Below, one piece after another: positions 8,362 through 17,688 of a DNA stretch of 64,000 nt; position 1 is the first letter of the stretch, and each line of letters begins with the position of its first letter. A program made the translations under genes and the position numbers. Under the pieces are notes generated by a model. The model worked only from the letters and a program-made list of their open reading frames with translations. It made no database searches and was not told where the DNA came from. The stretch is from Acidobacteriota bacterium (GTDB taxonomy: Bacteria > Acidobacteriota > Blastocatellia > Pyrinomonadales > Pyrinomonadaceae), in the NCBI GenBank assembly GCA_032159235.1, contig JAVHWW010000075.1, positions 3,717 to 67,716 of the forward strand. Reading direction: 5' to 3'.

Positions 8362-9913
8362 TGATTGTTCGGCTCTTTGCGTCCGCCGTTTCCGTCTCGA
8401 ATGCCGAACGTGGGGCGGCGCTCCTGCGCCAGATGAAATAGACGGGAATGCCGGTCAGCACGAGTAGGTAGCCGATGCCGGATGTCGCCGGGGTCAGATA
8501 AGCCAGGTCAATGACCAGCAGTAACGCCAGCACGATATAGATGATAGGGACTACCGGATAGCCGAAGGTGCGATAAGGTCTCACCACATCCGGCGCTTTG
8601 CGGCGCATGATGATGACGGCCCCGACCATCAGCGCGTAGAAGACCAGATCAGCCGAGACGATGTAGTCGAGAAGTTGCGTATAGACGTTGCCATACGGGT
8701 CTTCGCCAGGCGCTGGATGCGCTTTGATGGTGCGCGGCAGTGTCAGCAAGCAAGCCCAGATGCCCTGCGCGACGAGCGCGACGACAGGCACGTGGCGCGC
8801 GTTGACAGTTCCGACCCGCGCGAAGAACAGTCGGTCACGCGCCATCGCGTAGTAGATACGCGCTCCTGCCAGAATCAATCCGTTGTTGCAGCCGAAAGTG
8901 GCGATCATGATTGCGATAGCCATCACGATCATGCCGGGTTGACCGAAGATCGCCTGCATCGTGTCGGTGGCGACTTTGTGTTGCGGATTCTGAATCTTTG
9001 CGAGTGGAAGCGTGACGACGTAAGCGACGTTGGCGAGAAGGTAGAGCAGGACGACCGCGCCGCAACCGATGAGCAAAGCGCGCGGCAGATTGCGTCCGGG
9101 ATCGCGTATTTCGCTGCCCGTGAAGGTCACGTTGTTCCAGGCCGATTGCGCGAACAATGGCCCGACCATCGCATATCCCACGAGTAGCAGGAGCGCAAGC
9201 GGTCCCGCCGTCATCTGAAGCGGCAGTGGTGTTGTCTGCGGATTCCAACCGTTGACGACAGGATTCCACCATGACGAAGTGAAAGCGGCGCTGCCTTTGT
9301 TCCATCCGAGCGCGACACCTAAGATGATGAGGCCGATGAGCGCCGCAGTCTTCGTGAAGGTGAAAGTGTTTTGGATAACCTTGCCCGTCTTCAGACCGCG
9401 CGTGTTGGTGAAAGTGAGAAGAAGAATGAGCAGGATGGCGACGAGTTGCTGCGTCGAGAGGCTGATGGCGTAGCTTCCCAGATGAACCGGCGCGATGATG
9501 TAGTTAAGGGAAGAGACTCCGGGCGCAAGCACTCCCAGAAAATCCGCGAAGGCGACCGCGACCGCCGCAATCGTTCCCGTTTGAATGACGAAGAAAAGCG
9601 ACCAGCCAAAAAGAAAACCTGTCGCCGGGCCATAGGCTTCACGCAGGAAAACGTACTGCCCGCCGGCGCGCGGCATCATCGCCGCCAGTTCCGCGCAGCA
9701 GAGCGCGCCCGTAATCGTCAACACGCCGGCCAGCGCCCATGCTGCGAGCAACCAACCGGGCGAGCCGACGAGCGCAGAGGATTTCGCTGAGACGATGAAG
9801 ATGCCCGAACCGATCATCGAGCCGATGACGATCATCGTCGCATCGAGCAAGCCCAGTCCGCGTATGAGTTTTCCCTGCGCGACGCTTGTTTGCGTGCTCA
9901 TAGATTGCTCCAT
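8354..9913 (-). CDS. APC-superfamily amino acid permease
   Basis: 519 aa, about 12-13 TM. N-terminal GSMIGSGIF motif. Confidence 0.85.
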   Translation of the reverse strand: MEQSMSTQTSVAQGKLIRGLGLLDATMIVIGSMIGSGIFIVSAKSSALVGSPGWLLAAWALAGVLTITGALCCAELAAMMPRAGGQYVFLREAYGPATGFLFGWSLFFVIQTGTIAAVAVAFADFLGVLAPGVSSLNYIIAPVHLGSYAISLSTQQLVAILLILLLTFTNTRGLKTGKVIQNTFTFTKTAALIGLIILGVALGWNKGSAAFTSSWWNPVVNGWNPQTTPLPLQMTAGPLALLLLVGYAMVGPLFAQSAWNNVTFTGSEIRDPGRNLPRALLIGCGAVVLLYLLANVAYVVTLPLAKIQNPQHKVATDTMQAIFGQPGMIVMAIAIMIATFGCNNGLILAGARIYYAMARDRLFFARVGTVNARHVPVVALVAQGIWACLLTLPRTIKAHPAPGEDPYGNVYTQLLDYIVSADLVFYALMVGAVIIMRRKAPDVVRPYRTFGYPVVPIIYIVLALLLVIDLAYLTPATSGIGYLLVLTGIPVYFIWRRSAAPRSAFETETADAKSRTING

Positions 9914-9964
9914 CAGCTTTGAGTCAATAGAACTTCTGACGGACGCCCAAGTTCGATCTCAAAT

Positions 9965-10570
9965 TTACCGTCCGGGTTTGATCTTGTCAGGGTTGCTCCG
10001 CGCAATCTCGTCCGCCTGGCTCTCTAACCTGTTTGATTCGTTAATCAAATCGTCGAATTTTGCGCTCGATTGTTGAACCTCGCTCTGCGCTTTTTGGGTG
10101 GCGGCTTTGTCCGTGCTGCCCACGCTGTCGCGGAAAGTAACGATGCCCTTGCGCAGTTCCCTGAAGGCTTCGATGGCTTTGTTGACCGACTGCGCGCGAA
10201 ACGAGAGATAGTCTTTGATCGTCCGGTCAACATCGAGTTTGGAGGCTTTGTCTAATTTATCGGCAGCACTCTGCCCTTTCGCCAGACCCTGATCTATCGC
10301 TTTGATGGTCTCATCCATCAAGCGTTTGGCTGCCTCATAGTTGTTCGCGTTGAGCGCGGCGGTGATCTGTCCCTCTTTGTCTTTGTTCTCCTGAACGAGC
10401 CTGTCTATCTCGGTGATGTCTGCGCCCGCGCTTTGATTGAGTTGGTTGGCTTCATCCATGCCACTGCTGCCGCCGAAGCGCTTGAGTGCTTGGCAGGAGA
10501 TGAGTGTGAATGAGGCAAGCAGGATGAATGCTGTGAGAACTATTCCGCGCTGTCTTCTCGGATCAAACAT
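9965..10570 (-). CDS. Hypothetical lipoprotein (helical, coiled-coil-like)
   Basis: Signal peptide plus LISC lipobox. Ala/Lys/Gln-rich helical body. No family recognised. Confidence 0.5.
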   Translation of the reverse strand: MFDPRRQRGIVLTAFILLASFTLISCQALKRFGGSSGMDEANQLNQSAGADITEIDRLVQENKDKEGQITAALNANNYEAAKRLMDETIKAIDQGLAKGQSAADKLDKASKLDVDRTIKDYLSFRAQSVNKAIEAFRELRKGIVTFRDSVGSTDKAATQKAQSEVQQSSAKFDDLINESNRLESQADEIARSNPDKIKPGR

Positions 10571-10649
10571 GACTGTTCAAAAGTTCCTTTGATGATTTGG
10601 ATGTCGGGTGTGGATATTGACCCGCTCACAGGACGGTGTCAAGGAGAAG

Positions 10650-10728
10650 CAGTGGTTAGTAGTCAGTGGTCAGTGGGCAGTAAAAACAGCTTTTCAACTG
10701 ACCACTGACCACTGACCACTGACCACTG
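10650..10728 (-). repeat. Family A palindromic element (core in minus orientation)
   Basis: Left arm 10650-10681 (degenerate GTGGTYA units), loop AAAAACAGCTTTTCAA 10682-10697, right arm 10698-10728 (4x CTGACCA). Confidence 0.85.
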
Positions 10729-10737
10729 CATTAGTTG

Positions 10738-10767
10738 ACAGTCCGCGCGGCGCTCACATAGTCTTAA
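10738..10767 (+). promoter_or_regulatory. Candidate sigma70-type promoter of the polysaccharide locus
   Basis: TTGACA 10738-10743, 18-nt spacer, TAGTCT 10762-10767, about 75 nt upstream of the ATG at 10843. Pattern match only. Confidence 0.3.
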
Positions 10768-10842
10768 TAGTTTGAATGGAGTGGCGCACGCTGCTCATGC
10801 CAGCTTGAAGCAAAAACCCGCTAACGGAAGATAAGAACAAAC

Positions 10843-12180
10843 ATGGTCAAAGATGAGGTCACGAATTTAATAGAATCGAGAGGCGCACGCATCGGCGTCA
10901 TTGGCCTGGGCTACGTCGGCCTGCCGCTCCTCGTGGAATTTGCGCGCAACGGCTTCGACTCAACAGGCTTTGAAGTTGACGAAACGAAAGCGGCTGAGAT
11001 TAACAATGGGCGCTCTTACATCGGTGATGTTCCCGCCTCCGCCGTCAGGGAACTGACGGAAGCGAAACGTCTGCGCGCCACCACCCAGTTCGAGCATCTG
11101 AAAAATTGCGACGCCATCATCATCTGCGTGCCGACGCCGCTCCGCAAGACCAAAGAGCCTGATGTCTCTTACATCCTCGCTGCCGCCGAAGAGATTAAGC
11201 AGAACCTCAGACGCGGCCAACTGATCGTCCTTGAGTCAACCACCTATCCGGGCACAACAGATGAAGTGTTGCTTCCGATGTTTGAAGAGACCGGCCTCAA
11301 GCTCGATGATGATTTCCTGCTTGCCTTCTCGCCTGAGAGAGTTGATCCCGGCAATCCGCAGTTTCAAACGCACAACATTCCGAAAGTCGTCGGCGGCTGC
11401 ACGGACGCTTCGACCGAAGCGGCAGCGCAACTCTATTCGCAGATCGTCAAGGAAGTCTTCGCCGTTAGCTCGGCGCGCGTCGCCGAAGCCGCCAAACTTC
11501 TGGAGAATACTTTTCGCGCCGTCAACATCGGCATGGCTAACGAGATGGCGCGGCTCTGCTACACCTTGAATATAGATACCTGGGAGGTCATCAAGGCGGC
11601 GGCGACCAAACCTTTCGGCTTCATGCCGTTTTATCCCGGCCCTGGAATTGGAGGACACTGTATTCCGTTGGACCCGCATTACCTCTCATGGAAAGCGCGG
11701 CAGCATGGATTCGATTCGCGCTTCATCGGATTGGCCGAAGAAGTCAACTCGCGGATGCCTGAGCACGTCGTGCAACTCATCTCCGATGGTTTGAACGATG
11801 CGGAGAAGCCTTTGAAGGGATCGCGCGTGCTATTGCTGGGCGTGGCTTACAAGAAGGACATCAACGATGTGCGCGAGAGTCCGGCGCTTTCGATCATTGA
11901 TCTCTTGCGCGCCAAAGGCGCTCGCGTCAGTTACCACGATCCGTTCGTCTCGGAAGTCAGATTCGATGACTCGCACACGCAGAGTGCTGGCGATCCGATT
12001 CAATCAATCGCCCTCACGGATGAAGAATTGCGCGCGTCCGATTGCATCGTGATCGTCACCGACCACAGCGAGATTAACTATCGCCGCGTCACCGACCTCG
12101 CCACGCTCATCGTTGACACACGCAACGCCCTCAACGGTGAACTGCGCCGCGAGAGCAAGGCCAGGGTTATTCGCTTGTAA
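10843..12180 (+). CDS. UDP-N-acetyl-hexosamine 6-dehydrogenase (WecC/WbpA/TviB nucleotide-sugar dehydrogenase family)
   Basis: IGVIGLGYVGLPL Rossmann motif, catalytic GGHCIPLDP region, 445 aa. Confidence 0.9.
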   Translation: MVKDEVTNLIESRGARIGVIGLGYVGLPLLVEFARNGFDSTGFEVDETKAAEINNGRSYIGDVPASAVRELTEAKRLRATTQFEHLKNCDAIIICVPTPLRKTKEPDVSYILAAAEEIKQNLRRGQLIVLESTTYPGTTDEVLLPMFEETGLKLDDDFLLAFSPERVDPGNPQFQTHNIPKVVGGCTDASTEAAAQLYSQIVKEVFAVSSARVAEAAKLLENTFRAVNIGMANEMARLCYTLNIDTWEVIKAAATKPFGFMPFYPGPGIGGHCIPLDPHYLSWKARQHGFDSRFIGLAEEVNSRMPEHVVQLISDGLNDAEKPLKGSRVLLLGVAYKKDINDVRESPALSIIDLLRAKGARVSYHDPFVSEVRFDDSHTQSAGDPIQSIALTDEELRASDCIVIVTDHSEINYRRVTDLATLIVDTRNALNGELRRESKARVIRL

Positions 12181-12251
12181 AGTGGTCAGTGGTCAGTGGT
12201 CAGTTGAAAAGCTGAACCAACTGACCACTGACCACTGACCACTGACCACTG
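12181..12251 (+). repeat. Family A palindromic element (core in plus orientation)
   Basis: Left arm 12181-12204 starts at the nt after the TAA (12178-12180). Loop TGAAAAGCTGAACCAA 12205-12220. Right arm 12221-12251. ATG at 12256. Confidence 0.9.
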
Positions 12252-12255
12252 CTTT

Positions 12256-13368
12256 ATGAAAATTCTCAACGTCGTCGGCGCGCGTCCCAATTTCATGAAG
12301 GTCGCGCCCATTGTTGAAGCGATGAAGCGGCGCGCGAGCGCGTTTACGCCGCTCGTCGTACACACGGGGCAGCACTACGACGCGCAGATGTCGGATGCTT
12401 TCTTTCGTGATCTGGGTCTGCCCGAACCCGACGTTTATCTGGGCGTCGGCTCAGGCTCTCACGCGGCGCAAACTGCCGCCGTAATGAAGAGTTTCGAGCC
12501 AATCGTGCTCGATGAGAAACCCGACTGGGTGCTCGTCGTCGGCGATGTCAACTCGACGCTGGCGTGCGCGCTCGTCTGCTCGAAGTTGCTGGTGAAAGTC
12601 GCGCACGTCGAAGCGGGCCTTCGCAGCCGCGACCGCACGATGCCCGAAGAGATCAATCGTCTGCTGACGGATCAGATCGCAGACCTTTTGCTGACGCCCT
12701 CACCAGACGCCGACGAGAACTTGAAAGCCGAAGGAATCCCGCAGGAGCGCATCCGCTTTGTCGGCAACGTGATGATTGATTCGCTCTTCAGTCAACTCAA
12801 GCGCGCCGAACAATCAACTGTGCGCGAAGACTTGGGCGTGGCCGGAAAGGATTACGCCGCGCTCACTCTTCATCGTCCATCAAATGTTGATGATGCGACA
12901 ACATTCAAACGCATCCTCGACGCGCTCGACGAGATTAGCCAACGCCTGCCAATCATCTTTCCCGTTCATCCGCGCACGCGCGCACGCCTTGCAGAGTTTG
13001 GCTTCAACGATTTAATTACCCGCGCGCCGAATCTTCGTCTCATCGAACCGCTCGGCTATCTGGATTTTCTACGGCTCTATAGCGGCGCGCGTCTCGTGCT
13101 CACGGATTCCGGCGGCATTCAGGAAGAGACAACCGCGCTCGGCATTCCCTGTCTCACGCTGCGCGAGAACACGGAGCGTCCCATCACAGTAGAGATGGGC
13201 ACGAACATCGTCGTCGGCACAAACACAGAGAAGATCACACACGCGGCATTCAACACGCTCGACACGCCGCGCGACCAGCAAACGACGCGCGTCCCGCCGC
13301 TCTGGGACGGCCACACGGCTGACCGTATCCTCGACGCGCTTCTCGAAGGGATGAGGGATGAGGGATGA
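12256..13368 (+). CDS. wecB: UDP-N-acetylglucosamine 2-epimerase (non-hydrolysing)
   Basis: MKILNVVGARPNFMKVAPI...HTGQHYD...GDVNSTLA...DSGGIQEE are canonical WecB motifs. The last 7 codons (GMRDEG) are encoded by the family B repeat arm. Confidence 0.9.
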   Translation: MKILNVVGARPNFMKVAPIVEAMKRRASAFTPLVVHTGQHYDAQMSDAFFRDLGLPEPDVYLGVGSGSHAAQTAAVMKSFEPIVLDEKPDWVLVVGDVNSTLACALVCSKLLVKVAHVEAGLRSRDRTMPEEINRLLTDQIADLLLTPSPDADENLKAEGIPQERIRFVGNVMIDSLFSQLKRAEQSTVREDLGVAGKDYAALTLHRPSNVDDATTFKRILDALDEISQRLPIIFPVHPRTRARLAEFGFNDLITRAPNLRLIEPLGYLDFLRLYSGARLVLTDSGGIQEETTALGIPCLTLRENTERPITVEMGTNIVVGTNTEKITHAAFNTLDTPRDQQTTRVPPLWDGHTADRILDALLEGMRDEG

Positions 13369-13425
13369 GGGATGAAGAAAAGAAAGTCTTAAAATTCATC
13401 CCTCATCCCTCATCCCTCATCCCTC
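13348..13425. repeat. Family B palindromic element (7-nt unit GGGATGA)
   Basis: Left arm 4x GGGATGA 13348-13375, loop 13376-13395, right arm 4x TCATCCC 13396-13425. Contains the wecB stop. Confidence 0.9.
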
Positions 13426-13523
13426 AGCTACGGCGCGCTCTGCGTGGTGAAGTTGATGCGCGCACACTTGCGCTGGAAGCGTGGAGACGCAGCCGCACGC
13501 AGCGTGAGCGACGGCGTGAGCGA

Positions 13524-15509
13524 ATGATGCTCGAAACTCTCGCTCAAACTCCGGCGCGCTTGCGGCAAGAGTTTGAGCGGATGTCCTCATCCGAACTGCT
13601 GGATCATTTCCGCAATCGAACGACGCCCACGTTTCTGCCAGGCTCTGATGCGCTCTCGCAGACGGCCAGCCTGCAACGTCACCTCTTCCCCTTTGAAACG
13701 GCGCAACTGCTCGAACGAGCCGCGCGCATCGCGGATGAACATTGCTGGCCTCTGCTCGGTTATGGCGAAAAATATTTTGGTGAGAAGATCGAATGGCTGT
13801 GCGATCCGTTGTCGGGCGTGTTGTGGCCGCCGGACTATCACGCGGACGTGCAACTTCTGCGCGGCGACGGCTCGGATGCGCGTGTACTGTGGGAAATCAA
13901 TCGCCTGTCGCATCTCCTGACACTCGCACGCGCTCACGTTGTCACGGATGATGAAAAGTTCGCTGCGGAAATATTCGCGCAGCTTGCAAGCTGGCGCGAG
14001 CAGAATCCTCTGGGTCGCGGGGCTAATTGGGCGTGCGCGATGGAAGTTGCGTTGCGCGCGATGAATCTGCTGGCTGTCTTTGAACTCACGCGCCGCTCGC
14101 CGCAGTTGAATGAAGCGACGTTGCCTCAGTTTCTGCAAATGTTCGACCAGCACGGCGCGCACATTCGACGCAATCTGGAGTTCTCTTACATCATCACGAG
14201 CAATCATTATTTGTCGGATGTCGTCGGATTATTCTGTCTCGGAATCGCGTTGCCGGAACTTGTGGCGGCAAATGAGTGGCGCGAGTTCGGTCTGCGCGAG
14301 ACTTTGCGCGAGATGGACAAGCAGGTGCTCCTGGACGGCGCAGACTACGAAGCCTCGACGGGTTATCATCGTCTCGTCCTCGAACTCTTTCTCTACTCCT
14401 TCATAACCGCACGCGCCAACCAAATCGAGATTGACGAGAGGCATTGGAAGAAACTACGCGCGATGCTTGATTACATGCGCGCTTATCTACGGCCTGACGG
14501 ACGCGCGCCGCTCATCGGCGACACGGACAGCGGACAGGTCTTACCCATCTCTCAACGCGCCGCAGACGATCACGCTTACGTGCTGGCGCTCGGCGCAGTC
14601 GTCTTCGACGAGCCGCGCTTCAAGCAGGCGGCTGAGAAGATGCCGGAAGAGTTGTTGTGGGTGCTGGGCGCAGACGGTGTGAGCAAATATGAGAGCCTGC
14701 CGGAGATTAGTGAAAACATCCATTCGCAAGGTTTCGCGGACGCGGGCACATACATCATGCGCGCAGATGATGTCTATCTGCTCTTCAACGCGAGCGGCAA
14801 CGGCCTCATGGGACGCGGTTCGCACAGCCACAACGATGCGTTGAGCATTGAGGTGAGCGCCTGCGGCGTGAGCTTCATCTGTGATCCGGGCACATATGTT
14901 TACTCTGCGGATTTGCGCGAGCGTCACTTGTTCCGCTCGACCGCTTATCATTCGACTGTTGAAGTTGACGAGACGGAGCAGAACTCAACCGACACTGCGC
15001 TTCCTTTCGTCATCGGCGATGAGGCGCATCCGCGCGTCGTGTGCTGGGAGAGTGAGCCGGAGCGTGACATCATCATCGCCGAGCACGGTGGATACAAACG
15101 TCTCGCACAGCCAGTCACGCACCGCCGCACCGTTCGTTTCGAGAAACGCGAGCGGTTATGGATTGTCGAAGATTCATTGTCCGGTGAAGGCGAGCATGTC
15201 TTTCGCTTCCGTTTTCATTTCGCGGAAGGCGTTGAGGCGAGCGTGCGCGCTGATGGAATCGCGCTCGCCTGCGATAAGATGACGGGCGCGCGTCTCTTCG
15301 TCGTTGCGCTGGATGCGAACGCTGCGCCGGAGCTTGAGCCGCGCTTCACGTCGCGTGATTACGGCGCAAAGAGCGCCTCCGTTTCTGCTTGCTGGAAGAT
15401 TCGTGCGACAGTTCCGCTCGTATTTCGCTGGGCAATCGTGCCCGCGTGCGCGAGCGAAAATGAGAGCGAGAGGCTGAGTTTGATCGCGCTTGAGAAGCGA
15501 GGAGCTTGA
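13524..15509 (+). CDS. Heparinase II/III-like (alginate-lyase superfamily) protein
   Basis: Large alpha/alpha-toroid-like N-half (NWACAMEVALRAMN, NHYLSDVVGL, GYHRLVLE) plus a beta-rich C-half. The ORF opens at 13365 but its first 20 codons read through the family B hairpin. ATG 13524 is proposed; start uncertain. Confidence 0.75.
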   Translation: MMLETLAQTPARLRQEFERMSSSELLDHFRNRTTPTFLPGSDALSQTASLQRHLFPFETAQLLERAARIADEHCWPLLGYGEKYFGEKIEWLCDPLSGVLWPPDYHADVQLLRGDGSDARVLWEINRLSHLLTLARAHVVTDDEKFAAEIFAQLASWREQNPLGRGANWACAMEVALRAMNLLAVFELTRRSPQLNEATLPQFLQMFDQHGAHIRRNLEFSYIITSNHYLSDVVGLFCLGIALPELVAANEWREFGLRETLREMDKQVLLDGADYEASTGYHRLVLELFLYSFITARANQIEIDERHWKKLRAMLDYMRAYLRPDGRAPLIGDTDSGQVLPISQRAADDHAYVLALGAVVFDEPRFKQAAEKMPEELLWVLGADGVSKYESLPEISENIHSQGFADAGTYIMRADDVYLLFNASGNGLMGRGSHSHNDALSIEVSACGVSFICDPGTYVYSADLRERHLFRSTAYHSTVEVDETEQNSTDTALPFVIGDEAHPRVVCWESEPERDIIIAEHGGYKRLAQPVTHRRTVRFEKRERLWIVEDSLSGEGEHVFRFRFHFAEGVEASVRADGIALACDKMTGARLFVVALDANAAPELEPRFTSRDYGAKSASVSACWKIRATVPLVFRWAIVPACASENESERLSLIALEKRGA

Positions 15510-15594
15510 GAATTATGAATTATGAGTTTTGAATTTTGAATTAAAAACTGTCAGTTCCGCCTTCAATTCAAAATTCAAAACTCATAATTCATAA
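15510..15594. repeat. Family C palindromic element (7-nt units GAATTAT/GAGTTTT/GAATTTT)
   Basis: Left arm 15510-15542 begins at the nt after the TGA (15507-15509). Loop AAAAACTGTCAGTTCCGCCT 15543-15562. Right arm 15563-15594. ATG at 15603. Confidence 0.9.
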
Positions 15595-15602
15595 CTACTT
15601 TT

Positions 15603-17531
15603 ATGTGTGGTATCTGTGGAGTCTGGGAATACGGGGCGGCGCGGGGACGGGTTGAGCGTGCGTTGATCGAACGGATGCGCGACGAGATGCCGCATCGCGG
15701 GCCGGATGACGCGGGCGCACTTGTCTTCGATGATGCACGCGGCGGATTCGGCTTTCGACGGCTCTCGATTATTGATCTCTCGGAAGCGGGACATCAACCG
15801 ATGCACGGCTGTACGGAAAACGTCTGGCTCGTCTTCAACGGCGAAATTTACAACCACGCGCGTCTTCGTGAAGGATTGGAAGAGCGCGGCCACGTCTATG
15901 CCTCGCACACGGATTCCGAAACCATCCTTCATCTCTACGAAGAGCGCGGCCTTGATTTCGTCCACGACATCGAAGGCGACTACGCTATCTGTCTCTGGGA
16001 CGCGCAGCGCGAACAACTCACACTCGTGCGGGATCGCATCGGCGTCAAGCCGCTCTACTTTTATCACAAGGACGGGCGCTTCATCTTCGCTTCCGAAATC
16101 AAAGCTATCTTGCAGCATCCGGCTGTCACGCCGGACGTTGACGAAGAATCGCTCTATCACTATCTGACGTTTCTGACCACGCCCGCACCGCGCACGCTCT
16201 TCCGCGACATCCAGAAAATTCCTGCCGGACATACGCTTGTGGTCTCGCGCGACGGCACGATCAACCTCAAACAATACTGGGACGCTTTGCCGCCGGAACA
16301 GACGGACGCTCGCAGCGATGAAGAACACAAGGCGGAAATCCTGCGCCTGCTCAGGGACTCAATCAAGAAACGCATGATGTCGGACGTGCCGTTCGGCGTC
16401 TTCCTTTCGGGCGGAGTTGATTCATCTGCTAACGTCGCGTTGATGTCGGAATTGATGTCGCGCCCGGTCGAGACGTTCACTGTCGGCTTCAGCGATGCGG
16501 AGTATCTCAACGAGCTTGATTCGGCGCGGCGCATCGCGCGCGACTTCGGGACGAACCATCACGAGGTCATCATCTCCGCGAATGAGATGCAGAAGTTTCT
16601 GCCCGATCTGGTCTTTCATCAGGACGAACCGATAGCCGACCCGGTTTGTGTGCCGCTCTATTACGTCTCGAAGCTCGCGCGCGATTCCGGCACTATCGTC
16701 GTGCAGGTCGGCGAAGGCGCGGACGAGATTTTCAGTGGTTATGAAAACTACGTGCGGCATCTGCGGATTTACGAAAAGTTCTGGCGACGTGCAGAGCGTG
16801 TGCCGCTCAGTCTGCGACGCGCGGCGAGCGCGCTCACACGTCCTGCACTCGAAGCGACCGGCAGAAAGCGCGCAATGATAGAACTCATCCGTCGTCTTGG
16901 CGCAGACGAGCCACTCTTCTGGGGCGGCGCGGTCGTTTACGATGAGACTTTCAAGCCGCGCGTGCTCTCCGCAGAAATGCGCGGGCGCATGAACGGACGC
17001 TCGTCGCTCGAAGTCGTCAACAAGTATCTTGAGCATATCGAACGCGAGCGCCCCGGCTCGGATTTTCTCTCGCGCATGACCTATCTTGAATTGAAGCTGC
17101 GCCTGCCTGAATTGCTGCTGATGCGCGTGGACAAGATCACGATGGCGACATCAGTGGAAGCGCGCGTGCCGTTTCTGGATCATCATCTGGTCGAGTATGC
17201 GCTTGCGTTGCCGCGCGAGTTGAAAGTCGAAGGGCGCAGCGGCAAGCACATCCTGAAACGCGCGCTCGAAGAGATTCTGCCGAGAGACTTGCTCTACAGC
17301 GTCAAGCGGGGTTTCGGTGCGCCGGTGCGCGAGTGGTTCAGAGACGGCCTTGGCGAGTGGTTCGATTCGCACCTGATGAACTCGACGATGCGTCGGCGCA
17401 ACTTCTTCGATTACAAATTCATCGCGCGCCTCCTGGACGAGCATCGTCGCGGCGCACAGGAGTGGGGCTTTCATCTATGGGCTTTGCTCAATCTCAGTTT
17501 GTGGTACGAGCGGTGGATTGATCGCGGTTGA
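15603..17531 (+). CDS. asnB: Asparagine synthase (glutamine-hydrolysing) family amidotransferase
   Basis: MCGICG N-terminal nucleophile. SGGVDSS PP-loop. 642 aa. Confidence 0.9.
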   Translation: MCGICGVWEYGAARGRVERALIERMRDEMPHRGPDDAGALVFDDARGGFGFRRLSIIDLSEAGHQPMHGCTENVWLVFNGEIYNHARLREGLEERGHVYASHTDSETILHLYEERGLDFVHDIEGDYAICLWDAQREQLTLVRDRIGVKPLYFYHKDGRFIFASEIKAILQHPAVTPDVDEESLYHYLTFLTTPAPRTLFRDIQKIPAGHTLVVSRDGTINLKQYWDALPPEQTDARSDEEHKAEILRLLRDSIKKRMMSDVPFGVFLSGGVDSSANVALMSELMSRPVETFTVGFSDAEYLNELDSARRIARDFGTNHHEVIISANEMQKFLPDLVFHQDEPIADPVCVPLYYVSKLARDSGTIVVQVGEGADEIFSGYENYVRHLRIYEKFWRRAERVPLSLRRAASALTRPALEATGRKRAMIELIRRLGADEPLFWGGAVVYDETFKPRVLSAEMRGRMNGRSSLEVVNKYLEHIERERPGSDFLSRMTYLELKLRLPELLLMRVDKITMATSVEARVPFLDHHLVEYALALPRELKVEGRSGKHILKRALEEILPRDLLYSVKRGFGAPVREWFRDGLGEWFDSHLMNSTMRRRNFFDYKFIARLLDEHRRGAQEWGFHLWALLNLSLWYERWIDRG

Positions 17532-17688
17532 GCGAGACGCGGAGAAACGAGACACGGAGACACATAGACGCGGGGACGCGGCGAAAGACCGAAACGGAAA
17601 AGCTGAAAGAGTGAGCCAGCAGACTGAAAAATCGTCAGTCATCGCAGACGACTTGCCGCGTCTCCGTGTCCCCGCGTCTCCGCGTCGC
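17532..17688. repeat. Family D palindromic element with long loop
   Basis: Left arm 17532-17584 (about 8-nt units GAGACGCG/GAGACACG). Loop of about 68 nt containing GAAAAGCTGAA (17597-17607). Right arm 17653-17688. Starts at the nt after the asnB TGA. Confidence 0.85.
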
